Source: a virus
Taxonomy: Duplodnaviria > Caudoviricetes
Direction: 5' to 3' (one strand)
DNA length: 64,000 bases
IMG/VR virus record: IMGVR_UViG_2756170314_000001
Span: 20,614 to 84,613 of that record
Shown here: in pieces, positions 19,139-29,229 of the stretch
How positions within the stretch are numbered: the stretch's first letter is position 1
Layout of the letters: each line of letters begins with the position of its first letter
Program-made: the position numbers and the translations under genes
The notes under the pieces: model-generated
What the model was told of the DNA's origin: nothing
The model's database searches: none
The model's input: only the letters and a program-made list of their open reading frames with translations

Positions 19139-19331
19139 TGGATTCACCAACAATTTTATTAGTGATTCTCAGGAATTGAGGGTGGATGCCTTCTAGCTCT
19201 AACATATCTTTGATTGCATAATTCATTCTTTTGATTTGTTCTTCCTTTTCTTCAGCTGATAATTTATTTACATATTCAATTTCCTCACTGTTTAAAGGGC
19301 GATCGATCTCTATTTTTATAACACTTCTCAT
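19128..19331 (-). CDS. Hypothetical protein
   Basis: AGGAGG RBS, downstream of SigN promoter 19366-19391. Confidence 0.7.
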   Translation of the reverse strand: MRSVIKIEIDRPLNSEEIEYVNKLSAEEKEEQIKRMNYAIKDMLELEGIHPQFLRITNKIVGESNED

Positions 19332-19391
19332 AAATTTTTCCTCCTAGTAGTTGAATCTTCGTTATTATATCTGGGGTTTTTAAAACGTAAA

Positions 19392-20432
19392 TCAAGCTAC
19401 TAGGATTCGGTTATGGAATAATTTCATGAAAGTTTCTGGGCCTTTATCTGAAGGGCTGTCTTTTAAATCGAGAAGACCTTCAACATCCCACATCACACTT
19501 GTTTCGAACCTGGAACTAAGCTTATTAATAAAAACACTATTGATTTTCTCTATGTAGTATTTTTCTTCGATACTCCCGACTTCTGTGAATTCTTTATCTA
19601 GTGCAATTATGACTCGTTCGATGCCTAAGTCATTTATTATTTCTAACTGAGTATCAGTGAGAGTTGACCCACTTAAAGCTACAGCAATAGACATATCAGG
19701 AAACATAGTATCTATCTGCATGACTGACTTTTCAGATTCACACAAGATGATTGCTCCGTAATCTGTTATTTGTTCTAGGTTAAAATTTAATCCATAAAGG
19801 CAGGCGCCGGTGGGGTGCTTTAAAAAACGATTTTTGTAAAACACGGGCATATATTTTTTTCCGGAGTTCACTAATTCCTGATTTAAGTTCCGGGCTCGGA
19901 CCCCAACAAGATTTCCTTTAAGATCATAGTGAGGTATGATTATTTGGTTATCTAAAACTGAGTACTTAATATTAAACTTCTTCATTGTCTTTGGAGAAAT
20001 GTTGTCTTCTATCCAAGACTTATGATAGTAGTCATAATAAGAATCAAGGATTTTCTTATCTAACAACTTAATTTCTGCTGCCATATCTTTTGGCTCAAAC
20101 TTTTCAAAAAAAGACATATCCACTTTATCAGAGCCATATTTTGAATTTCCGTATGATAATCCAAATCTCTGACAAACAAATTTAAATGACTCAAAAAAAG
20201 TTAACCCTTTTATTTTCCCTATTAATCCGTACAGGTCCATGTGGCCGCATTCCGTAAAGCAATAAAATGAATGAGAGTTAGAATAGTAGGTAAGCTTATG
20301 ACTATGACCGTTATGACAGATCGTTTTGCATATAATATTTGAACCTTTTAATTTTGGTTGGGCTCCTAACTCTTGAAGTAAGGTGAATATGTCATTTTCA
20401 CTCAAGGATTGTTTTACTTCGTTGGCATCCAA
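19392..20432 (-). CDS. dnaG: DNA primase
   Basis: Zn finger (CH...CFTEC), TOPRIM ESEKS and IALDKE. Confidence 0.85.
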   Translation of the reverse strand: MDANEVKQSLSENDIFTLLQELGAQPKLKGSNIICKTICHNGHSHKLTYYSNSHSFYCFTECGHMDLYGLIGKIKGLTFFESFKFVCQRFGLSYGNSKYGSDKVDMSFFEKFEPKDMAAEIKLLDKKILDSYYDYYHKSWIEDNISPKTMKKFNIKYSVLDNQIIIPHYDLKGNLVGVRARNLNQELVNSGKKYMPVFYKNRFLKHPTGACLYGLNFNLEQITDYGAIILCESEKSVMQIDTMFPDMSIAVALSGSTLTDTQLEIINDLGIERVIIALDKEFTEVGSIEEKYYIEKINSVFINKLSSRFETSVMWDVEGLLDLKDSPSDKGPETFMKLFHNRILVA

Positions 20433-20511
20433 ACCAATTCACCTCTTAACCCTGTTTAAGTTATTTTATCTGACTAAATAAAAACGTAAAAAAGAGAAGA
20501 ATTATCTTCTC

Positions 20512-22104
20512 TTAAAAAACGGGCACTTCTTCAGCCGAATCTTCAGTTGCTTCGATAGCATATTCAATATCCATTGGGTGAACATCTAGCAAATTAAAAT
20601 CGTAGTCTGTAACGAATAATGGCTCTTCTCTCATAGTTCCTAAATTCATGTAAGTCCAGATAATTACGTTACTGTACTTTCCCCCACGATTTTTATAAAC
20701 CCAATGAGAGTAGTTTGGTTTTTTGTTAGTAAAACCGGTTTGCAAAATGTGCTTTAGATTATGATGATCTGAAGCTCCTGCCCTAAATGTAAGTATGCCA
20801 AAGTCAACTTTATCTGCTGTGGCTTGTCCACCACGAAGGGCTGAAGGGTCTCTATTTTCAATATCCTTAGAACCTCTATTTAACTGAGTCGAAGAAGCAA
20901 TAAAAATATCGTACTTCTCAGCAAGAATCTTTAATGATGATGAAAACTGATGAAGAATCTGGTCTTCCCGAAGATGATTCCCAAACGCACTTGCCATTGT
21001 TCTGGAGAGTTTCGGGGTCATTTGAATATAGTCGAAGGCACACTCTTGAATATTGTTTTCAATAATATGTCGTTCAATAATTGTTTCAATATCTGAAATT
21101 GAGAAGTCATTTACATATTCGCAGAAGATAGGAGCCCTCTTTAAAATTTCGATTGCTTTTTTGAGCCTTCTTAAAACTACTTCAGAATACTTACCATCTT
21201 TAATTACGTCTTCATCGACTCCAGAAATGAAAGCAAGCATAATTGTTTGAACTTCTCTTTTTACAAGCTCCGTTGATATGAATAGGGTAGGGATTGATGG
21301 ACCATTGCTTACATATTTGTTTTGGTCAATATCAAAAATTTCGTCACACGAAGCATTACACATATCAGCTAATGCTTGACGAGTTTTCCCCGTCCCCGTA
21401 CCAGCTGAACGCAGCATAAGCTTTGTTTTCCGTTTTCCACGAAATATTGTGTTATAGAACTTGTTCGTGAATGGGTTTCCGTACTCAGGATCTTCGTCTA
21501 ACTCATCCAGAAGAGTATCCAAGTCATCACCAGCCATAAAGCTTTTTGTCTCTTGGCCGATATTAAATTCATCTTTAATCTTAGTCAACTTAATTGTGTA
21601 ATGGTCGATTATTTCATTAACAGTCATGCTGTCTATTTTTTTCATTCCATCATTCCGAACCTTTAAGTCAGTAGACTTCCAATCATAAAGATCTGTCACA
21701 TCAATTCCATTTAATACGTAGTGTCTTAATAAAGAAATCTTTTTCAGTCGATCATAGCTGCTTTTAAAGGTATTTTCATTTGCATGAGCTATTGATTTTC
21801 TTATATAAGATAAACCATCATTTTTTTCCCAGATCTTATAGTGCTGAGGAAAAGAAGCTAGGTAATTATCGAGGTCAATTTCATCAATCTTAGTGACTTC
21901 ATAATTTGAGTAAGCGATATTATATATTGAAGAAAACACAATTTGATGAAATTCATGAGCAAAGTCTTTTTCTGTAATGATAATCTCCGAATCTCTTAAA
22001 AGATGAGGGTTTTTACAAAGTGAGCCTATAACAGAATAGACTGCACGAGTAGGGTTTAAAGCTTTCATTACATTATCAGTAGTAGCTGAGTTAACTTCTG
22101 TCAT
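20512..22104 (-). CDS. dnaB: DnaB-like replicative helicase
   Basis: AGTGTGKT, FISTE, FDYIQ, STQLNR. Confidence 0.9.
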   Translation of the reverse strand: MTEVNSATTDNVMKALNPTRAVYSVIGSLCKNPHLLRDSEIIITEKDFAHEFHQIVFSSIYNIAYSNYEVTKIDEIDLDNYLASFPQHYKIWEKNDGLSYIRKSIAHANENTFKSSYDRLKKISLLRHYVLNGIDVTDLYDWKSTDLKVRNDGMKKIDSMTVNEIIDHYTIKLTKIKDEFNIGQETKSFMAGDDLDTLLDELDEDPEYGNPFTNKFYNTIFRGKRKTKLMLRSAGTGTGKTRQALADMCNASCDEIFDIDQNKYVSNGPSIPTLFISTELVKREVQTIMLAFISGVDEDVIKDGKYSEVVLRRLKKAIEILKRAPIFCEYVNDFSISDIETIIERHIIENNIQECAFDYIQMTPKLSRTMASAFGNHLREDQILHQFSSSLKILAEKYDIFIASSTQLNRGSKDIENRDPSALRGGQATADKVDFGILTFRAGASDHHNLKHILQTGFTNKKPNYSHWVYKNRGGKYSNVIIWTYMNLGTMREEPLFVTDYDFNLLDVHPMDIEYAIEATEDSAEEVPVF

Positions 22105-22595
22105 TTCAATAAATCCTCCATGTTTATTAATTTCTTGTCTCTATATCTGTTTTGAGACAGGGAGGGTGGCTTTATTTGAACCTTTTGGGTTTCTATTTTT
22201 TTAACCACCATATTCTCTCTTCTTCTTTTGAGATCCTTATAGTAGTCAATCATTTCATCATAATAGTGGGGGATAAGAGCCAAACCATACTTTAATTCCA
22301 ATTGTATTTTTTTGATTCTTACTATGTAATCAAGAGCGAAACCTATATTCTTGTAAGTGTATCCTCGTTCCTCTTTAAACTGTTTGATCTGCCTAAGCAT
22401 TAAACCTGTAGGAAAAGAGATACCAAAGACTTCTTTACACTTGTTATAAAGGTTTTCTCGATCTTCGACCTCTTTAACTTTTTTCTTATAACATGCAGGG
22501 CAGTAGTTTTTGCTTTTGAATTTTTGCATAATAGATTGGGGATGTTTTTGTTCACATGTTCCGTAGCATTTAACTAATCTGCTGCTCATTTTCAA
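22101..22595 (-). CDS. Zn-binding replication accessory protein coupled to helicase
   Basis: CYGTC...YCPAC; overlaps helicase start. Confidence 0.65.
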   Translation of the reverse strand: MKMSSRLVKCYGTCEQKHPQSIMQKFKSKNYCPACYKKKVKEVEDRENLYNKCKEVFGISFPTGLMLRQIKQFKEERGYTYKNIGFALDYIVRIKKIQLELKYGLALIPHYYDEMIDYYKDLKRRRENMVVKKIETQKVQIKPPSLSQNRYRDKKLINMEDLLK

Positions 22596-22679
22596 ATGCT
22601 CCTTTATTTTTTGTTATTATATCTGGATCACCTGAAACGTAAATTTTTGAAATTAAAAAAGACGACCAATATATGGCCG

Positions 22680-23771
22680 CTAAATTTGTTTATACCTGGT
22701 TTTAATCTTTTCACCGACACGTGATGATAATGTTTCAGCAAATGAATTGAGTTTGTCTATAATTTCATATAATTCTGTTTTGGAAAGTTTAATACGTTTA
22801 TACTTATTTATTTCTATTGTTGAATTCTCATCACTCATTACTTCAATTGAATCTGCGTTTGGCAAGCTATAATTTAATGAATCCCTGTCTAAATTCCAAT
22901 TATGATGTTGAATACAATTCCTAATGATTACATGCTTTATTATTTCGTGCCTTAACTCTTTATCTTGTTTACTCATTTCATAATCTAAAGGTTTTGTTAG
23001 TCTGGATAATTTATCTGTAAAACCAGTTCGTCTATAATCATCATAGACATCACTAATAATGTTAGCGATTGTTAGCCAATCATCTCCATCCATTTTATTC
23101 AGATCTAATTTAACATTTTTCTTTGATAACTTCAGTTTGCTTTTATTACCGTTCTCTAATACTTCAATTAACAGTTGTAAGTAGCAGTTGTCCATAAAGT
23201 CATTCAAAAGTTGAATTAACATACATTGATTGTATCCGAGTATTTTTTCTTCAATTTCTTCTTTTATTTTTTGGTTTGAGATTTCATCAATTGCTTTTAA
23301 TTCTTTTTCAATATTATCTTTGTAAGAGAAGAGATCTTTCTTGAAAGAATCCACCTCGTGTTGAATTATGTTGCGTCCTTCGTTATTCACAGGCTCATTT
23401 TCGTCATCAGGTATAGATAAATTTTGTTTAGAGGCATTCTGCTTTAGTAATTCCCCAAATGGAAGGAATAATCTTGAAGCGAGAAATGACGTGCCATTAT
23501 TCTGTTGTTTCACATGATAAACCCAATGTCCATAACTGTTAGCTTTATGTAACACAAAAGGAGGTAGCCATATCTGCCCGATTTCCCCGTCACCCTCCCA
23601 ACCTTCTTTTTTAAATAATTGCTTTAATTCATCTAAAAGTGCTTTATTACTGTCGGGTTCTAAAAGCTCGATATTGTCTAAGTAATCTATATGTTCATAT
23701 TTAAAAACAAACCATTTTTTTGGTGATTCCATAAGTGTTTTCCCCTCTTTAATTTTCACTATCCTTAACAT
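22680..23771 (-). CDS. Accessory protein with putative C-terminal HEPN domain
   Basis: IIRNCIQHHN (R-x4-H) in a helical C-terminal half. Confidence 0.55.
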   Translation of the reverse strand: MLRIVKIKEGKTLMESPKKWFVFKYEHIDYLDNIELLEPDSNKALLDELKQLFKKEGWEGDGEIGQIWLPPFVLHKANSYGHWVYHVKQQNNGTSFLASRLFLPFGELLKQNASKQNLSIPDDENEPVNNEGRNIIQHEVDSFKKDLFSYKDNIEKELKAIDEISNQKIKEEIEEKILGYNQCMLIQLLNDFMDNCYLQLLIEVLENGNKSKLKLSKKNVKLDLNKMDGDDWLTIANIISDVYDDYRRTGFTDKLSRLTKPLDYEMSKQDKELRHEIIKHVIIRNCIQHHNWNLDRDSLNYSLPNADSIEVMSDENSTIEINKYKRIKLSKTELYEIIDKLNSFAETLSSRVGEKIKTRYKQI

Positions 23772-23977
23772 ATAAAACCATTTTTTCTCGGTTCTGGTTC
23801 ATTTAATTATAAAATAAGTATTTTATAATTAAAAACCCCGACATCGGAATAATGTCGAGATTTTTGTCATAACCATATAGCATACATACACTGCTATGAT
23901 TCTCATAAGATGGGGTTGGTAGAATCATAGCAAGAGATTGCTATTTTCTTAGGTTAAATCGGTCGATTAAAGTTGAA

Positions 23978-24364
23978 TTATGACTGTTTCACTTCATAAT
24001 TGTGATAAACCCAAACAGGGTTGGTTCCTAACAAAGCCAGTTTAAATTTGCTTAATATCTTTGTGGCTTCCTCGGTAAGACTAATTGTATCTCCGTCTTC
24101 ATTACTTGAAGCGAACATAATATTCCCACAGATCACTACATCCCAATCGGTGATAGATGGATTTGGGGTGTTTTTTATAATAAGGGATGGCATTGGGGGC
24201 TCTTCCTTTAAAAGAAATCCATCGTCGTACCACACGTCTAACTCCTCAATGCTTGTCAAAGCAAGAGTTCCTTGGATTTCTTTCTTTAGAAGATCATAAG
24301 TGCTGCCAACGCCCTCCTTAAAATTAATCAATTCTCCTGGCTTTAAAGTTGCGTAGTTGAGCAT
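23978..24364 (-). CDS. DUF3846-like phage protein
   Basis: DDGFLL...VVICGNIMF...GDTISLT pattern. Confidence 0.65.
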   Translation of the reverse strand: MLNYATLKPGELINFKEGVGSTYDLLKKEIQGTLALTSIEELDVWYDDGFLLKEEPPMPSLIIKNTPNPSITDWDVVICGNIMFASSNEDGDTISLTEEATKILSKFKLALLGTNPVWVYHNYEVKQS

Positions 24365-24405
24365 TTGTGTCTCTCTCCTTAAAGTTATTTATCTCTTACA
24401 TTTAA

Positions 24406-24442
24406 ATTATACAATATCTGGAATATAACGTACATATGTTCG
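24406..24442 (-). promoter_or_regulatory. SigA promoter with LexA box over the -35
   Basis: CGAACATATGTACG (24429-24442); TGTACG-N17-TATAAT. Confidence 0.7.
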
Positions 24443-24462
24443 TATTTAAAAAGCCAAACTTT

Positions 24463-24969
24463 TTAGGTTTGGCTCGTTTCAATGCTTTTAGATAAATATT
24501 TGAGGAGATCATATAGTTCATTTGGAGTTAGATCAATTCCTCGTACCTCACCGGTGATCCCAAGATCATTAGTAATTCCAAGGTGATCTAGAACATTAAA
24601 CACTAACTCCGAGCAAATTAAATTGTTGGGATTGTTGAATAAAATCTTTCCTTTGAGGTGGAATAGGTTTTTAATGATATAACCAAAAATTTGTGCATAG
24701 TCATATTTCTTGCCTATATACGCTTTGCTAATCTCAACAACTTTTTCCTGTTGTTCTGAACTCAATCCTAAATCAAGAATCTCATAATATGAGTATTCTT
24801 TGAGATTGAACTTTTTAACTCTTGAAACAATGTTTATATCGGCTTCTAGAATTTCTGTATCAGATATAGCAATGGCCACATGACTAAACTTTCCTCGATG
24901 ATCAAATAACCTAATCAGTTTAGAAATGATACCTTTTCTTCTTACAAAAATAATACTTCCTCTAGTCAT
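24463..24969 (-). CDS. Permuted papain-like NlpC/P60 (YiiX/YebB-like) enzyme
   Basis: FSHVAI before YDY and ICSELV. Confidence 0.8.
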   Translation of the reverse strand: MTRGSIIFVRRKGIISKLIRLFDHRGKFSHVAIAISDTEILEADINIVSRVKKFNLKEYSYYEILDLGLSSEQQEKVVEISKAYIGKKYDYAQIFGYIIKNLFHLKGKILFNNPNNLICSELVFNVLDHLGITNDLGITGEVRGIDLTPNELYDLLKYLSKSIETSQT

Positions 24970-25121
24970 TTTTTAAACACAATTCTTAAGAAGTATAGTG
25001 CAATAAAGATAAAGTAAAGACCCCAGAAATCAATGTTGTAATGGAAAATTCGTGATATGCTAAACTTAATCAATATGCTAGGAATGGCTAAATAAAAAAA
25101 TAAAAGATAAATAATAAACAT
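24966..25121 (-). CDS. 51-aa membrane protein (not in ORF track)
   Basis: MFIIYLLFFYLAIPSILIKF...; AGGGAG RBS; ATGA overlap with next gene. Confidence 0.6.
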   Translation of the reverse strand: MFIIYLLFFYLAIPSILIKFSISRIFHYNIDFWGLYFIFIALYFLRIVFKK

Positions 25122-25215
25122 AAATATCTCTCCCTTCTGAAATCTTTGTTATTTTATCTGGGTAAACAAAAACGTAAATCATAATTCAATAAAAAATTAA
25201 ATAAAAAAGGAGCCG

Positions 25216-25641
25216 TTAACGACTCCAATATTTAATGCTGCCTATTAATTTATTCAATTCTAACTTAGTTAGTTTCTCAGCATTGAATCTCTGTTCAAAT
25301 TTAAAAGCAGCTATGACATCAGCGCCACAATCCAAACAAATTTTCTTTATTCCCTCAACTGCCCCACAGAATTTAGGATAAACTGAATTACCACTCCCAA
25401 ATATAAAAATTTCTCTTCCATGCAGCTGTAAATGGTTTTCAATAAGATATTCTTTGAGTCTCTTAGGTATTTTTCCGTTACCCCAAGTATATGCCCCAAT
25501 AGCCAAACTATTACAACTAGGGAAAGGATTGTTAAAGTCTTCAATAACCTGCAGATCCCTTTTAGCATACTCTTGGATAAACGGAATAAAGGTTCTAGTG
25601 TTACCCGTATTTGAAGCAAGAATAATTGGGAGCGAACCCAT
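25216..25641 (-). CDS. nrdI: Flavodoxin (NrdI-like) of RNR operon
   Basis: SNTGNT, YTWGNG, FGSGN. Confidence 0.75.
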   Translation of the reverse strand: MGSLPIILASNTGNTRTFIPFIQEYAKRDLQVIEDFNNPFPSCNSLAIGAYTWGNGKIPKRLKEYLIENHLQLHGREIFIFGSGNSVYPKFCGAVEGIKKICLDCGADVIAAFKFEQRFNAEKLTKLELNKLIGSIKYWSR

Positions 25642-25642
25642 C

Positions 25643-26686
25643 TCATAGGTCATCCCAATCATTCTTTTGTTCATTCGCTTTGCCATAGTTTACTTCTTTA
25701 TCCTCAAAGAAATCTCGTTTTGTATTATTCAAATTATCAGGATCAAAAGCTGTTATCCAAGGCATAGGATTTTTCTTTGCTGAGAATATTTGGTCGAGTC
25801 CCAGGTTGTCTAAAATTAAATTCGCCCGGTACCCGATGTACTCTTTTACTTCTTCAATATCAATATCAGGAGTGTTTTTATAAAGATCCTCACAGAACTC
25901 TCTTTCAAGTTGTACAAGCTCAGTGAAGAAATCATATACAAACTCAGAAAACTCTTCAGTATTAAGTTCAGGATATTGAGTTAGAATGTCACGTACCAGG
26001 ATTGTTTGGAAGTAAGAGTGCTTCATTTCATCACGTTGAATATACTGAATAACAGTTCCGGTCCCAAACATTTTTCCGTTTCTATTAAAATGATAGAACG
26101 GTGTAAATCCATTTACGAAACATAAACCTTCTAGGCCACTCATTGCAACCAATCCTTTTGCAAAAGTCTCCGGAGTAGGATTTTGGATGAACTCATCAAA
26201 CAGATCCATCATTAGCTTGTTTCTTCTAATCATGAATTCGTTCTTTTTTGGTCGTTCAAATACATCTAAAGAGACAGCTTTAGAGCTAACCGAACTTAGA
26301 ATATATGTGTAAGATTCGTTATGAATTGTTTCCATTGCAGCTACAAAAGCCATAAGGGCTTTAATTGCAGAATCTCTAATATAATATGCAGCAACATTAT
26401 CAAAATATGTAGCAATAGAATCGAGTACAGCCAAAATTCCGATAGCATTTAAAAACAACTCTTGTTCCATTTCGTTCATTTCAGTAGCCCACTGTACTTT
26501 ATCCTTACTCATGGATACTTCATCCGGAATCCAGAATACTTCTCTCATTTCTTTAATAAGTTCGTAGTAGACTTGATTAATAATGTCATCCCAGAAGAGA
26601 ATACCACTTACATCATCGAACATTCTCTCGCCTTTGTTAGGTAAATTCTCGTTAAAAACTCTCACTTGTTTCGTCAATTGTTCCAT
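25643..26686 (-). CDS. nrdF: Ribonucleotide reductase beta subunit
   Basis: METIHNESY, LEG, RDEMKH, DFFE. Confidence 0.92.
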   Translation of the reverse strand: MEQLTKQVRVFNENLPNKGERMFDDVSGILFWDDIINQVYYELIKEMREVFWIPDEVSMSKDKVQWATEMNEMEQELFLNAIGILAVLDSIATYFDNVAAYYIRDSAIKALMAFVAAMETIHNESYTYILSSVSSKAVSLDVFERPKKNEFMIRRNKLMMDLFDEFIQNPTPETFAKGLVAMSGLEGLCFVNGFTPFYHFNRNGKMFGTGTVIQYIQRDEMKHSYFQTILVRDILTQYPELNTEEFSEFVYDFFTELVQLEREFCEDLYKNTPDIDIEEVKEYIGYRANLILDNLGLDQIFSAKKNPMPWITAFDPDNLNNTKRDFFEDKEVNYGKANEQKNDWDDL

Positions 26687-26789
26687 ATAAGCGTTCCTCC
26701 GTATTCATAAAAATCTCTTAATATTTATATCTGGAGTATTAAAAACGTAAATCAAAAAAGGGAGCTTTCGCCCCCACTTCTTTAATATA

Positions 26790-29159
26790 TTAAGCTGAAC
26801 ATGCCAGGCATGAACTTTCATGTTTTTGATCCCAAGATCGAGTGTAGTAAGAAGTTTTCACACCGGCTTTCCAGTTTTCCATATGAAGCTTATAGAAATT
26901 CTTAGCCTTAATGTCCTGAGGAATATAGAAGTTATGAGAAATAGCTTGGTCTACAAACTTTTGACGAGCAGCGTTGTGTTTAATAGCCCAAAGGTGAGCT
27001 AATTGTTTTTCATTTTCGTATTCCATTTTCATAGTTGGTTTGTAGAAGAACCATGTTTTTTGATTTAATTCCGGAACCAAAATAGGAAGGTGGAAGTCTT
27101 TTTTTCGTTCAAAGTAGATAACATCAAAGATTGGGTCGATTCCTGGAGTTGATCCAGCAATAACTGATGTTCCACCAGTCGGGGCAATAGCTCTTAGGTA
27201 TCCATTTCTCATGTACTTAGAAGCCAATTCTTTAACTTCCAACCACTCGGGAGAGTTTAAATCACGTTCTTCAAACCATTCTCCAGTTTGCCATTTCGAA
27301 CCTTCAAAAACAGGATAGCTACCTTTTTCTTTTCCTAATAAAGCTGAAGCTTTAATGCAATTCAACATGATTTTTTCTTCAAGTTTGGAGATATATTCAA
27401 TAGCCTGTTCTGAATCCCACATGATTCCTTCTTGAGCTAATAAAGCAGCAATACCTTGTTCTCCTGCCCCAACAGCACGATACTTCATATTTGTGTATTG
27501 AGCTTGAGGAACAGGGACCTTTAAGAGAGAAATAACGTTATCAAGGGCTCTCATTTGAATTTTGATAACTCTCTCTGTTACTCCATCTTTTTCTGTTCTA
27601 TTAACAACCAAGGAACTGAGGTTGCATGTTACTAGATCACCAATTTGTTTATGAATGATTACTTCTCCTGTTTCCCAATTAATCGTCTCTTGAGTTACAA
27701 ACGAAGGTGACATATTTTGAGCGATTTCAGAACACAAGTTAGAAGAATAGATCATTCCTGAATGAGAGTTTGGATTATTACGGTTAACCGTGTCACGATA
27801 AAACATATATGGAATTCCAGTTTCTAATTGAGCCTTCATGTATCTCTTTTTCAATTCAATTGCTGGTACACGTCTCTTATCTAAATTGTTATTATCAACG
27901 CATAAGTAATAGTGGTAAGTCCAAGCATGATCAATTGGATTTGGTGTTTCTTTTTCACCAAGTTTTTTCTTATCGTAGAAGTCTTCAAGACTGAATCCCA
28001 TCTTTTGTTTGATCTCATGAGGATCAAAAAGATAGAAGTCACCACGTTTTTCAACTTGTCTCATAAATTCATCCGGAATACAGAGACCAGTGAAAACGTT
28101 GTAAGCTCGTTTTGATTTATCACCAGTATTGAGACGAAGATCTATGAAGTCTTCAATATCTTTGTGCCATATATCTAGATACACAGCAACGGCTCCAGGT
28201 CTTTGTCCTAACTGATCAACGGAAACGGCCGTGTTATCAAGTTGTTTAATCCATCCTAGTATTCCACTGGCAGCGCCTTTATGTCCTCGAATATCTGATC
28301 CAGTTGCTCGTAATTTTCCAAAATAAATACCAATACCGGCACCATTTTTAGAGAACGTAGAAACATCAGTGTTATCATCAAAAATTCCACGAAGTGAGTC
28401 TTCAGTTGTTAGAACAAAACAACTTGATAAACCACCGGTAACACGGCCAGCATTCATTAAAGTTGGAGTAGCAAGTGTAAGGTAAAGGTTAGAAAGCGCC
28501 CAGTATAGTTCAATTGCTTTCTCCACTCGGTCTTTTTCCTCTGGCATCATCAGGTGAAGGGCAGCAATCATAAATCTTTCTTGTGGCAATTCATAAACTG
28601 ATTTGTCAAAGTCTTTAACACAATAGCGACCAGATAGTGAATGAAGCCCTGCAAAATCAAATAATTCATCACGTTCGGGAACAATTGAATTTCCGGCCTT
28701 AACTAATTCTTCTCGCGTGTAATTAGCAAGAATATCGGGAGTATACAAGCCTTTTTCGGTGAGAGTCACGATAAGACCATAGAAATCACCATACTTCTCT
28801 TTTGAATCATAAGATCTATTTTTAGAAGCTCTTTTATATAACTCTTGGAGCTTTACATAACGGGCAAATCTATTCCAGTTAGTGTTTACAAGGTAATCAG
28901 GCGACACGTATCCAGAATCATTCTTAATGTCATTTGTAAGAACCAAAGCATTTTGAATGAGAATTTTCGTAATATCTTTTGATTCGATTTCTTCTCTTCT
29001 CTCGATTGTCCGGACCACTTTAGAAATGTAACTCTCTTTTGTGGTTGGATTAACCTCAATATTTTCGAATCCACGTTTAATAAATGAAATCAATCTTTCT
29101 CTATCAAATTCCATTCGTCGTTCACGTTTTTTATTCTTGTCTTTAATTACAACTGTCAT
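26790..29159 (-). CDS. nrdE: Class I ribonucleotide reductase alpha subunit
   Basis: ATPTLMNAG, SSCF, SNLCSE, APTG, C-terminal CLAC. Confidence 0.93.
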   Translation of the reverse strand: MTVVIKDKNKKRERRMEFDRERLISFIKRGFENIEVNPTTKESYISKVVRTIERREEIESKDITKILIQNALVLTNDIKNDSGYVSPDYLVNTNWNRFARYVKLQELYKRASKNRSYDSKEKYGDFYGLIVTLTEKGLYTPDILANYTREELVKAGNSIVPERDELFDFAGLHSLSGRYCVKDFDKSVYELPQERFMIAALHLMMPEEKDRVEKAIELYWALSNLYLTLATPTLMNAGRVTGGLSSCFVLTTEDSLRGIFDDNTDVSTFSKNGAGIGIYFGKLRATGSDIRGHKGAASGILGWIKQLDNTAVSVDQLGQRPGAVAVYLDIWHKDIEDFIDLRLNTGDKSKRAYNVFTGLCIPDEFMRQVEKRGDFYLFDPHEIKQKMGFSLEDFYDKKKLGEKETPNPIDHAWTYHYYLCVDNNNLDKRRVPAIELKKRYMKAQLETGIPYMFYRDTVNRNNPNSHSGMIYSSNLCSEIAQNMSPSFVTQETINWETGEVIIHKQIGDLVTCNLSSLVVNRTEKDGVTERVIKIQMRALDNVISLLKVPVPQAQYTNMKYRAVGAGEQGIAALLAQEGIMWDSEQAIEYISKLEEKIMLNCIKASALLGKEKGSYPVFEGSKWQTGEWFEERDLNSPEWLEVKELASKYMRNGYLRAIAPTGGTSVIAGSTPGIDPIFDVIYFERKKDFHLPILVPELNQKTWFFYKPTMKMEYENEKQLAHLWAIKHNAARQKFVDQAISHNFYIPQDIKAKNFYKLHMENWKAGVKTSYYTRSWDQKHESSCLACSA

Positions 29160-29229
29160 AACCTATTTCCTTTCTTGCAGTAGTTGAGTTAAAGCAAGAG
29201 AGGACGACATAATCATCCCCTCGCAATTA

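Noticed and set aside
6680-29159. Inteins or introns in dnaE, helicase or RNR genes
   Set aside because: ORFs are continuous, of normal length, with no splice motifs seen
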